Source: Chthonomonadales bacterium
GTDB taxonomy: Bacteria > Armatimonadota > Chthonomonadetes > Chthonomonadales > CAJBBX01
NCBI GenBank assembly: GCA_037443035.1
Contig: JBBIPC010000001.1
Span: 256,001-320,000 of the forward strand
Direction: 5' to 3'
DNA: 64,000 bases
This document shows, in pieces, positions 28,474 to 37,215 of this stretch (within the stretch, counting starts at the first letter, position 1; each line of letters begins with the position of its first letter). The notes under the pieces are model-generated. The model was not told where the DNA came from, did not search any database, and worked only from the letters and a program-made list of their open reading frames with translations. The position numbers and the translations under genes were made by a program.

Positions 28474-30953
28474 ATTTCGAACCCCTGTTGCTTGGCGGCC
28501 GCGGCTGCTGCGGCAAGAGCCGCCAGGAACTCCTCGTCAGTGGGTTTACGCTGCCGTAGGCGCGTCCGAGCTAGAGACATGAGCGAGCACGCCGGTCCAT
28601 CGTGACACGGCACAGCGCGTAGGATGAGGTTCGCGGCTCCCTGAAGATCTCCGTTGGTGAACAAGTGCGACGCACGCCGAATTAGAAGCTCTCGTTTCTT
28701 CGCGGCTAACGTGCCTTCCTTGCGGCGCTTGCGCCCCAAGGTGAGAATGCGCCGGACTACAGCTCCCTCGCGGTCCATGGGATCGGCAGTTAACAAGCGA
28801 TAGGTTTCCTCGTCTCCGAGGAGTGCCGCGATTGCGTTGGCTACCTGGCGCCTTGCCACCGCTGACGGCAATGCGGCCATCTTGTCGTACATAGACGGAA
28901 CAGCTTCGACGTGGCCGCACTGGGCGAGCGCAACGCAGACCCGGGTTACGAGGGCTGGATCGCTCTCTGCGGCCAGCAGACCCTCCAAGGCCTGGCCAGC
29001 CGATGGGTGGCCGATATCACCGAGCGCCTGGATGGCGGCAAGCCGCACGGACCGCTTCGGATCATTCAACGATTCGATCATCTCATGGAGAGCGGCTTCA
29101 CTGCGGCACTGTCCAAGTGCTTGGAGCACTGCCTCCAGCACATCTTCTTGCTCAGCTGCTCGAGCGGCACGGAGCACCTCAAGAAGATACGGCTCCGCTG
29201 CGGGACTCCCGATTCTTCCCAGGGACCGGATAGCAGCAACGCGTTCGGACCTCTCTCCCTCCAGGGCGACGTCGGCTAAATCCTGTATGGCTTCGGCTGC
29301 ACCCAGTCTGCCGAGGGCATCGGCGGCCTCTCGCACTATGCCCGACTCGGGCTGGTGAAGGATGGCCCGTAGCGCCGGCACGGCTGCCGGATCCCCAATC
29401 TCACCGAGAGCAACCGCCGCTGAACGTCGCACCCCCAGCGCTGGATCGGAAAGAGCGAGAACCAGCTCCTGCACTGCCAAGCCAGAACGCGCTTCGCTGA
29501 GCGCTGCAACCGCTTGCTGGCGTACTTCCTCGCTTCCTGCGTGTTGCAGTTGGCGTATCTGACGTAATGTTCTTACCCGAACGGCACCGAGGCGCTCCAG
29601 CACCTCCCGCGGTGTGGCACGAGCCGCCGCTGGTATGGACTGCAGCATAGGCAGCGTCAGCAAGCGGAGAGCTGAGTTGGTCGCGAAGAGAACATGGTAC
29701 GCACCAGCCGATGCCATCGCCCACGGCATGGAAGTAGAGCGCAGCACCTCTACCATCGCGCCACCAACCACCGGCGCAAGGCCGCCGGCGATTCCAGAAG
29801 CTGCTGAGAGAGCACCTACATAGAGACTGCGCCCTTCGGAGGGTGTGGTCTCGATGAGCATGTTGAACTGCAGCAGTCCCACTCCGCCCCACACAACGCC
29901 CCCGAAGAGGTTGTTCGCAATGAGGATGACAAGTGTCGTCGCGCGATGATCCGGGTTGCATGCCAACCAGGGCAAAGGCGTGAGGCTCACACCCACCACG
30001 GCCAGGGTCAGCAGAGGCTTGTTGCCAAACCGATCCGAGAGATAACCCCATAGAGGCATGGACATCAGTGCTGCGAGACTAGCCACGCCCCCCAGGATCT
30101 GCAGCCAGGTGTAGCTAAGGTGCAGGTCTTCCAGAGCGTACACGGTATAGAACGGAGCCGCAAAGAACTGCCCCACAGCGAAGAGACTGCCGAAGGCCAG
30201 GAGCTTGCGGAAGGTCGGATCCTGCAACGGCCGGCGGTAGAGACTCAGCGTCTGCAGCAGGTACTGACGCTGGACCTCCGCGTTGATTGCCATGGGCGGC
30301 TCTGGCTGGCGCAGTAGAAGGCAGAAGCCGACAACACCAAACACGACCGCTACGGCGAAGAGGGCCGCGAATGCCTGCGCCCGACCCACACCCATATCTG
30401 TGATTGCGTGATCGAGTAGCCATGCGGTCGGCAAGGACGCCACAAGGGAGGTCAGCCCGGCCAGCATGTTGCGACGACCAAAGTACCGTCCGCGATGATC
30501 AGCGGGGACGAGATCCGATAGCCAGGAGGTGAAAGCAGGAACCGGAACCTGGATCGCGACCGACGCGAGACCGAAGAGCACCACGAACGCGTACAGCCAG
30601 AGGTTATGCGGCACGACCCACGGAATGAAGAGGATGGGTAGCCAAAGAGAGCGAGAGACAAGCGAGAACCACGCGGTCAGACGCTTGCGCTCACCCGTGC
30701 GCTCGATCCAAAGTGACGAAAAGACCTGCACGAGAGCTGCGAACGTCGGTATGGCTCCGATGACGCCCATCCAGAAACTGCCAGCACCCAGGAACAGGGC
30801 GAATCCTGTCTGGAACGCGCCGCCCGTCAGCGAGGCATGAACAGTAGCAGTGACCGCCTCGATGTTGGAGATCCGTAGCGCACGAATGACCTCCATGCGC
30901 GACAAGGGTCGGCGTTCGTGGCGGGAAGGATGGTTGGCCGGCTGCTCGTCCAC
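28470..30953 (-). CDS. MFS transporter fused to HEAT/PBS-lyase repeats
   Basis: About 12 TM segments with WLSDLVP..RGRYFGRR and WGYLSDRFGNK; the C-terminal part has repeats like VRRSAAVALGEIGDPAAVPAL. Start is GTG 30953 or TTG 31001. Confidence 0.88.
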   Translation of the reverse strand: MDEQPANHPSRHERRPLSRMEVIRALRISNIEAVTATVHASLTGGAFQTGFALFLGAGSFWMGVIGAIPTFAALVQVFSSLWIERTGERKRLTAWFSLVSRSLWLPILFIPWVVPHNLWLYAFVVLFGLASVAIQVPVPAFTSWLSDLVPADHRGRYFGRRNMLAGLTSLVASLPTAWLLDHAITDMGVGRAQAFAALFAVAVVFGVVGFCLLLRQPEPPMAINAEVQRQYLLQTLSLYRRPLQDPTFRKLLAFGSLFAVGQFFAAPFYTVYALEDLHLSYTWLQILGGVASLAALMSMPLWGYLSDRFGNKPLLTLAVVGVSLTPLPWLACNPDHRATTLVILIANNLFGGVVWGGVGLLQFNMLIETTPSEGRSLYVGALSAASGIAGGLAPVVGGAMVEVLRSTSMPWAMASAGAYHVLFATNSALRLLTLPMLQSIPAAARATPREVLERLGAVRVRTLRQIRQLQHAGSEEVRQQAVAALSEARSGLAVQELVLALSDPALGVRRSAAVALGEIGDPAAVPALRAILHQPESGIVREAADALGRLGAAEAIQDLADVALEGERSERVAAIRSLGRIGSPAAEPYLLEVLRAARAAEQEDVLEAVLQALGQCRSEAALHEMIESLNDPKRSVRLAAIQALGDIGHPSAGQALEGLLAAESDPALVTRVCVALAQCGHVEAVPSMYDKMAALPSAVARRQVANAIAALLGDEETYRLLTADPMDREGAVVRRILTLGRKRRKEGTLAAKKRELLIRRASHLFTNGDLQGAANLILRAVPCHDGPACSLMSLARTRLRQRKPTDEEFLAALAAAAAAAKQQGFEI

Positions 30954-30960
30954 GCCGGGA

Positions 30961-32073
30961 TCAGAAGACAAGGGGTTCCCTCCGTCCTGAGATCCCGACA
31001 AGAAGCCCGACGGAAGTCATCGAGACGATCATCGAGCTGCCACCATACGACACGAACGGCAGGGGCACGCCGGTGACTGGCAATATGCCCATGGTCATGC
31101 CGAGATTCACGAACGCATGGAAGCCGAGCATGGATAGTACTCCTGCTCCTACGAGCCGGCTCATCATGTCGTCGGTGGATGCAACCACGCACCATCCACG
31201 GAAGAGAAGCAAGGCGTAAATCGCTACGACCGCAACACTGGCGACGAAGCCGCCCTCTTCGGCGACGATCGTGAAGATGAAGTCTGTCTGTCGCTCAGGT
31301 ATGAACCTTCGGTGCGCTTGTGTCCCGCGTCCGAATCCCTTGCCCAGGACCCTCCCTGAGCCGATAGCGATCCTCGCCTGGCGTACTTGATAGCCGCTAC
31401 CTTGCGGGTCAGAGTCAGGGCGTGCGACGGCGACAATGCGCTGGACCTGATAGTCATGGATCAGTCCCAGCCGCCACATCACCCCGAACCACAGCAGCCC
31501 TACAATGGCGAATACCGCGAGATGCTGCCACCGCATGCCAGCTATGAACACCATGCCGAACCATATGGCCACTATGGCGAGACCCGTGCCGAGATCCGGT
31601 TGCCTGAGGATGAGCAGGACGGGAACCGCAATATGCAAGAGGGACTGCAGGAAGACGCGCGGGCTCTGAAGACGGTCCCGTCTAGCGGCCAAGAGCGTGG
31701 CCAGCGTGACAACAGTGAATAGCTTGGCGAACTCCGAGGGTTGGAAGCGCAGTGTCTCCGTACCAAACCAACGCACAGAACCCTTCGTCTCGTGACCGAA
31801 CAGCAAGACTGCGATGAGCAACCCGACGTTGAGTCCATACAGGTACTTGGACAGCCGGCCCACCCGCTCGCAGTCCACCAGCGCTCCGAGCAGGAAACCG
31901 ACCAGACCGATAGCCGACAGCAAGACCTGTCGCTTCAAGAAGCCTGGCATACCGTTGACTGCGATGCTTCCGAGCGCTGTCCATCCTATACCTATGGCGA
32001 CAAACATCAGCAAGACGATCCAAAGGTCGGCTTGCTTGAGCCAACGCCTCGGCACCAGTTGCTGGACAGTCAT
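30961..32073 (-). CDS. rodA: Rod shape-determining protein RodA (SEDS family)
   Basis: KGSVRW, FQPSEFAK, QPDLGT, YQVQRI, GYQVRQARIAIGSG, PERQTDFIF, PVTGVPLPFVSYGGSS. Start uncertain (32073, 32124 or 32133). Confidence 0.93.
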   Translation of the reverse strand: MTVQQLVPRRWLKQADLWIVLLMFVAIGIGWTALGSIAVNGMPGFLKRQVLLSAIGLVGFLLGALVDCERVGRLSKYLYGLNVGLLIAVLLFGHETKGSVRWFGTETLRFQPSEFAKLFTVVTLATLLAARRDRLQSPRVFLQSLLHIAVPVLLILRQPDLGTGLAIVAIWFGMVFIAGMRWQHLAVFAIVGLLWFGVMWRLGLIHDYQVQRIVAVARPDSDPQGSGYQVRQARIAIGSGRVLGKGFGRGTQAHRRFIPERQTDFIFTIVAEEGGFVASVAVVAIYALLLFRGWCVVASTDDMMSRLVGAGVLSMLGFHAFVNLGMTMGILPVTGVPLPFVSYGGSSMIVSMTSVGLLVGISGRREPLVF

Positions 32074-32096
32074 TCCTCTAGGCACTCCATGTGCGC

Positions 32097-32166
32097 AGTA
32101 TATCCTAGACGACGTGGGAGCCATCGTGCTCAATGTTTGACCCTCTCCATCGCGTCTAGGTATACT
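32097..32166. promoter_or_regulatory. Divergent rodA/secA promoter region
   Basis: Plus strand: TTGACC(32137)-N18-TATACT(32161). Minus strand: TATACT at 32097-32102. Both -10 elements are preceded by CGTCTAGG. Confidence 0.65.
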
Positions 32167-32252
32167 CCCGAGCCAGAAGGGACTTCTTGGACCTCTCGCT
32201 GCGTATCCTTAAGAATGAACGCATGCTCGGCAAGAGCTAGAAACCACTACCG

Positions 32253-35200
32253 ATGACCGCCATCCTTCGCCGACTCTTTGACAGCAACGAACGTGACCTC
32301 GCACGGTACCGTGCCGTTGTCGAGCGCATCAACGCGCTCGAGCCCGAGATCGCACGCCTGACCAACACGCAGCTTCGGGACAAGACCGATGAGTTTCGTG
32401 CCTATGTGCAGACCGAGTGGCAGCGCAAGCTCGATGCTATGGAGAAGGATGGGGTCCTGGAGTCGGAGAGAAAGGATCGGACGCGGAAGTGTCTGGATGA
32501 AGTCTTGGATTCGATCCTACCTGAAGCCTTCGCGGTAGTCCGCGAGGCGGCTAAGCGGACTCTCGGCCAACGGCACTATGATGTCCAGCTCATCGGAGGC
32601 ATGGTCGCCCACGATGGGCGCATCGCTGAGTTGAAGACGGGCGAAGGCAAGACGCTCATGGCTACCCTGCCGCTATACCTGAACGCTCTGGCTGGCAAAG
32701 GTGCCCATCTCGTAACCGCCAACGACTACCTATCGAAAGTTGGTGCCGTGTGGATGGGCCCGATATATCACCTACTCGGCATGTCCGTTGGCATTATTCA
32801 GGGTCAGAGTCCCGAGACGGGTGATGAAGGCGGCAGCTTCATCTACGATCCGGACTACGAGGATCCCGATCCCCGCTACACGTACTGCCGACGGATCACG
32901 CGGCGCGAAGCCTACGCCTGCGACGTGACCTACGGAACCAACAACGAGTTCGGATTCGATTACCTGCGGGACAACATGGCGTTCCACCGCGATGAGCTTG
33001 TGATGCGGGACCTTCATTACGCCATCGTGGACGAAGTGGATAGCATTCTCATTGACGAAGCGAGGACACCGCTCATCATCAGCGGCTTCGTTGAGCAGGA
33101 CACCAGTCTCTACTACACCGTGGACCGAGTTGTCCGCCAGCTTCGGGCCGGCAAGGATGCTACGACGCAAGTAGAGCGAGAGGATCCCAACCACGACCGG
33201 AATAACCCCAACATTCATTACCTGGTAGACGAGAAACAGAAGACCGTCTCCCCGACGGATGCCGGTATCGCCAAGCTAGAGGCGATGCTGGGGGTGCGCA
33301 ACCTTGCCGACGACCCACAGATGATGCACTACGTAACGGCAGCCATGAAGGCCCACGCACTGTTCAAGAGAGACATCGACTACGTGGTGCGCGACGGCGA
33401 AATCATCATCGTGGATGAGTTCACCGGCCGACTGATGTTCGGACGAAGGTACTCGGACGGGCTGCACCAAGCGATCGAGGCCAAGGAAGGCGTGGAGATC
33501 AAGCATGAGTCGCAGACGCTTGCGACCATCACCTTCCAGAACCTCTTCAGGCTCTACCTCAAGTTGGCAGGTATGACCGGTACTGCCAAGACTGAAGAAG
33601 ATGAGTTCCGCAAGATCTACGGGCTGGACGTTGTCGTGGTACCCACCCACAAGCCCATGATCCGCATGGACCACCCAGACGTCATCTACAAGGTAGCCGA
33701 GCACAAGTTTCGTGGGATTGCCGCCGAGATTCTGCGCCTCTATGCCAAACAGCAGCCCGTCTTGGTTGGTACACGCTCCATCGAGATGTCGGAGAAGGTG
33801 TCGGGACGTCTCACCCCCGACCGTCTGCAGGTTCTCTGCATGGTCTCGCTGATCCGTTCCCGCATGGACGGCGTCAAATTGGACAAAGCGACGCGAGAGA
33901 ACTGGACTTCCGTCCTCAACCAGAATCTGGATGACATCACACTCGGACGACTCGCGCCCATGATACGTCAACTGGAGCTCCCCGCCGATCCTCTCGAAGA
34001 GCATAATCTCCGATCGATCTGCGAACTGCTAGGTCTGCCAGCGTCGGAGGAGACGCTGGACCATCTCGATGAGGCTCTACGGCACGGCATTCCCCATAAC
34101 GTCCTGAACGCGAAGTACCACGAAAAGGAGGCCGTCATCATAGCTGAGGCGGGTCGAAAAGGTGCCGTGACCATCGCCACGAACATGGCCGGACGCGGTG
34201 TTGACATCCTTCTCGGTGGGAAGCCGCAAGTGGAGCGCGAGCCGTTGCCTGCCGCTCAGACAAGCTCTGAAGGTGACCTACCAACCAACGGCTTGGAGGT
34301 TGATAACGACTCCGAGACTGCACTCTCCTACAGGCGTGGTGGCAAACCGTCGGTCCTCGATTCCGTAACGACTCTGACGCCCGAGGAGCATCAGCAGGCT
34401 GCAGATGAGGTGAGGCGGCTCGGTGGCCTCTATATCCTTGGCACGGAACGTCATGAGAGCCGGCGGATCGACAACCAGCTTCGCGGACGATCTGGCCGGC
34501 AGGGCGACCCCGGCGAAAGCCGTTTCTTCGTGTCGCTGGAAGATGAGCTGTGGCGACTGTTTGGGGATCGGACCCAGCATCCGCTCCTTCGAACATGGCC
34601 CGAGGATCAGGCCATGGATGCCAAGATCCTCTCCCGGATGATCGAGCGTGCGCAGAAGAAGGTGGAGGAGCACCACTTCGAGATCCGCAAGCATGTTCTC
34701 CAATACGATGACGTGATGAACAAGCAGCGCGAAGTCATCTACGGAGAGCGTCGCCGCATCCTCATGGGTGCGGATCTACGCGAAACGATCCTGGGCTTCC
34801 TCCGTGAGGTCGTCATCGGCGCGGTAACCATGTTCTGTCCGGACCCACAGACTGGCCTGGAATGGGACCTGGACGGTCTTTACAAGGGTCTAGCGGAGTA
34901 CTTCCCGCAGTCGCTCATGCTTCAGCGTAAGGACCTCGACGCGAAGTCTCGCGAGGAGCTGGAGCAGTTCCTGGTCTCATGGGTCGAACAAGCCTACGCT
35001 ATGAAGGAACAGGAAGTCGTCGAAGCCGTAGGCGACGCTGAAGCTATGCGCAACCTCGAGCGATGGGTTGCGCTCAAAGTCATCAACGAGCGCTGGATGG
35101 AACACCTCGCCAACATGGACTACCTGCGGGAAGGGATCAACCTTCGCGGTTACGGCCAGCAAGATCCCCTCGTCGTGTACAACAAAGAGGCGTTCCAGAT

Positions 35201-35435
35201 GTTCGAGGACATGCAGCACTCCATCAAGGACTCTATCGCGCGGTACATGTTGCACGCGCAGTTTGTCCAGGAGAAGCCGCAGCCGCGACGCCCCTATCGC
35301 ATTCTCGATGGAGATGGCCGCGAGGACCGGCGTTCCGGTGGTGGTACTGCAGTGCGCACGCGGAAACTAGGCCGCAACGACCCCTGTTGGTGCGGAAGCG
35401 GCAAGAAGTATAAGCACTGCCACTATCCAGATTGA
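32253..35435 (+). CDS. secA: Preprotein translocase ATPase SecA
   Basis: KTGEGKT, NDYL, FGFDYLRDNM, DEVDSILIDEARTPLIISG, ATNMAGRG, ESRRIDNQLRGRSGRQGDPG; C-terminal GRNDPCWCGSGKKYKHCH. Confidence 0.98.
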   Translation: MTAILRRLFDSNERDLARYRAVVERINALEPEIARLTNTQLRDKTDEFRAYVQTEWQRKLDAMEKDGVLESERKDRTRKCLDEVLDSILPEAFAVVREAAKRTLGQRHYDVQLIGGMVAHDGRIAELKTGEGKTLMATLPLYLNALAGKGAHLVTANDYLSKVGAVWMGPIYHLLGMSVGIIQGQSPETGDEGGSFIYDPDYEDPDPRYTYCRRITRREAYACDVTYGTNNEFGFDYLRDNMAFHRDELVMRDLHYAIVDEVDSILIDEARTPLIISGFVEQDTSLYYTVDRVVRQLRAGKDATTQVEREDPNHDRNNPNIHYLVDEKQKTVSPTDAGIAKLEAMLGVRNLADDPQMMHYVTAAMKAHALFKRDIDYVVRDGEIIIVDEFTGRLMFGRRYSDGLHQAIEAKEGVEIKHESQTLATITFQNLFRLYLKLAGMTGTAKTEEDEFRKIYGLDVVVVPTHKPMIRMDHPDVIYKVAEHKFRGIAAEILRLYAKQQPVLVGTRSIEMSEKVSGRLTPDRLQVLCMVSLIRSRMDGVKLDKATRENWTSVLNQNLDDITLGRLAPMIRQLELPADPLEEHNLRSICELLGLPASEETLDHLDEALRHGIPHNVLNAKYHEKEAVIIAEAGRKGAVTIATNMAGRGVDILLGGKPQVEREPLPAAQTSSEGDLPTNGLEVDNDSETALSYRRGGKPSVLDSVTTLTPEEHQQAADEVRRLGGLYILGTERHESRRIDNQLRGRSGRQGDPGESRFFVSLEDELWRLFGDRTQHPLLRTWPEDQAMDAKILSRMIERAQKKVEEHHFEIRKHVLQYDDVMNKQREVIYGERRRILMGADLRETILGFLREVVIGAVTMFCPDPQTGLEWDLDGLYKGLAEYFPQSLMLQRKDLDAKSREELEQFLVSWVEQAYAMKEQEVVEAVGDAEAMRNLERWVALKVINERWMEHLANMDYLREGINLRGYGQQDPLVVYNKEAFQMFEDMQHSIKDSIARYMLHAQFVQEKPQPRRPYRILDGDGREDRRSGGGTAVRTRKLGRNDPCWCGSGKKYKHCHYPD

Positions 35436-36334
35436 GCGCATCTGACGTGAGCGCCACCTTCCGTCCTGGCGAGTTTCCCGCCATCGTGTCGCCTGTGTTC
35501 GCCACCTCGCGTGGCACCTTGTACCTGAGGCATCCCGGCGTACAGATGACCGCCAAGCCGACGTACTACGACGCCTCGCTGAGGGACTTCCTGGAGGGAT
35601 TCCCGGAGAATGCGGGGCTCCGCGCAGCACTAGATGATCCGGTTACGCTCAGCCCCGCCACCAGCCTCTGCAAAGCCGCAGGTCAGCTATGCTACATGTC
35701 TTTCGGTCGTCGCCGAACCCCCAACGCCGAGGCAGATCGCTACTTCGCCAATATCCTGCAGTCAGGCCACGGCTCCGTGCTAGAGCATGCTTCCTTCAGC
35801 TTTCTCGTGTACGGTGTCTCTCGAAGCGTGACCCACGAGCTTGTGCGCCACCGCGCTGGCTTCGCCTTTTCGCAGGTCAGCCAGAGATATGTGTCCGCGG
35901 CCGTCCTGCGCTTTGTCGAGCGCTTGGAGTTTCAGGTCAGCCCAGAGCTCCACGACGCATTCGAGCGCCGCATTGACGCGGTCGCCCAGCAGTACGCAGA
36001 TCTTCAGAACACGCTCCAAAGTCTACAGCGCGGTGGGGTGGCGACACTGGATGCGGCGAATGCGACCGACCGGCGTAAGCGTGTTCAACAAGCCGCGCGG
36101 GCTCTTCTCCCCAATGAGACCGAAGCTCCCATCATGGTCACGGCGAATGTTCGTTCATGGCGCCATTTGATCGAGGCCAGAGCCAATGAACACGCCGACG
36201 TCGAAATACGGATGCTCGCCCATTGTATCTTCCAATGTCTGCGGAGCGTCGAGCCAGTGCTATTCGCGGACTATGCAGAGAGGCGACTCGATGACGGGAC
36301 ATTCGCCGTGACGACCCCCACACCGAAAGTCTAG
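35432..36334 (+). CDS. thyX: FAD-dependent thymidylate synthase
   Basis: GHGSVLEH, SRSVTHELVRHR...SQRY, ARALLP, NVRSWRH, EIR. Start is TTG 35432 or GTG 35447. Confidence 0.94.
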   Translation: MSASDVSATFRPGEFPAIVSPVFATSRGTLYLRHPGVQMTAKPTYYDASLRDFLEGFPENAGLRAALDDPVTLSPATSLCKAAGQLCYMSFGRRRTPNAEADRYFANILQSGHGSVLEHASFSFLVYGVSRSVTHELVRHRAGFAFSQVSQRYVSAAVLRFVERLEFQVSPELHDAFERRIDAVAQQYADLQNTLQSLQRGGVATLDAANATDRRKRVQQAARALLPNETEAPIMVTANVRSWRHLIEARANEHADVEIRMLAHCIFQCLRSVEPVLFADYAERRLDDGTFAVTTPTPKV

Positions 36335-37089
36335 CCTAGACCCATCCGGTGCAGGTTGCGCAGACTGATGGCCGCGCTCTCCAACGGCGGCCGTTTGCAG
36401 ACGTCCTGCTCCACGATATAGGCAGCAACCTGGACTCCAGCACACGCCTTCAACACGCCTGTCCAGTTGACGATCCCCTCGCCTACCTCTGCAAAGGACT
36501 TGTCTGCGTCCGCCGCCATGTCTTTCAAGTGGACGAGCACAACGCGTCGGCCAAGCTGTTCGATGTACTGTGCCGGATCCTTGCCACCGCGGAGTACCCA
36601 GTAGACGTCCAACTCCGACTTGACAAGGTCCGGATCGGTGGCTTCCCACAGAATGTCCATGCCGGTCTGGCCATCGAAGCTCTGGAACTCGAACGAATGG
36701 TTGTGATAGGCGAACACCATCCCCCGCTCGCGGCAAGCCTGCGCTATGCCGGTGAACACCTCAGCCATGCGGCGCCAGTCATCTGCGGTCTTGCGCCGCG
36801 ACTCATCGAGATAGGGGCATACGACATAGCGGTTTCCGAGTATCTCGTTGTAGTCCAAGGCTGCCTGCAAGTCGGCCTCGAGCAGTTCTATGCCCACATG
36901 AGACCCCACGACCGTCAGGCCATTGTGGTCTAGGAGCCTCCTCAGCTCGGGCGCACTGTAGCCACCTGTTCCGGCCAGCTCGACGAACCTATAGCCGAGC
37001 CCTGCCACGGCTTCGAGTGTGCCGGCGAAATCTGCATGCAACGAGTCGCGTACCGTGTACAACTGCAATGCAATCGGTGTTGTGCTCAT
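36331..37089 (-). CDS. Sugar phosphate isomerase/epimerase (AP_endonuc_2 TIM barrel)
   Basis: LQLYTVRD, YHNHSFEF, ELDVYW, HLKD, EVGEG, VEQD; GAGGA RBS before MSTTP. Confidence 0.9.
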   Translation of the reverse strand: MSTTPIALQLYTVRDSLHADFAGTLEAVAGLGYRFVELAGTGGYSAPELRRLLDHNGLTVVGSHVGIELLEADLQAALDYNEILGNRYVVCPYLDESRRKTADDWRRMAEVFTGIAQACRERGMVFAYHNHSFEFQSFDGQTGMDILWEATDPDLVKSELDVYWVLRGGKDPAQYIEQLGRRVVLVHLKDMAADADKSFAEVGEGIVNWTGVLKACAGVQVAAYIVEQDVCKRPPLESAAISLRNLHRMGLG

Positions 37090-37215
37090 GGAAACATCCT
37101 CCTCTTCCCGTGTAATGGGCACGCGTCGGCCAGCGAACCACGTTGCCCCGTAGAGGATAGCACGCCGAGAGCTGAGAAGTATGTGAGCGGACCATGGTCG
37201 GTTGGGGAGGCATCC

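Noticed and set aside
33804..34085. Intein in SecA
   Set aside because: No N-terminal Cys/Ser block, no C-terminal His-Asn followed by Cys/Ser/Thr, and no LAGLIDADG motif.
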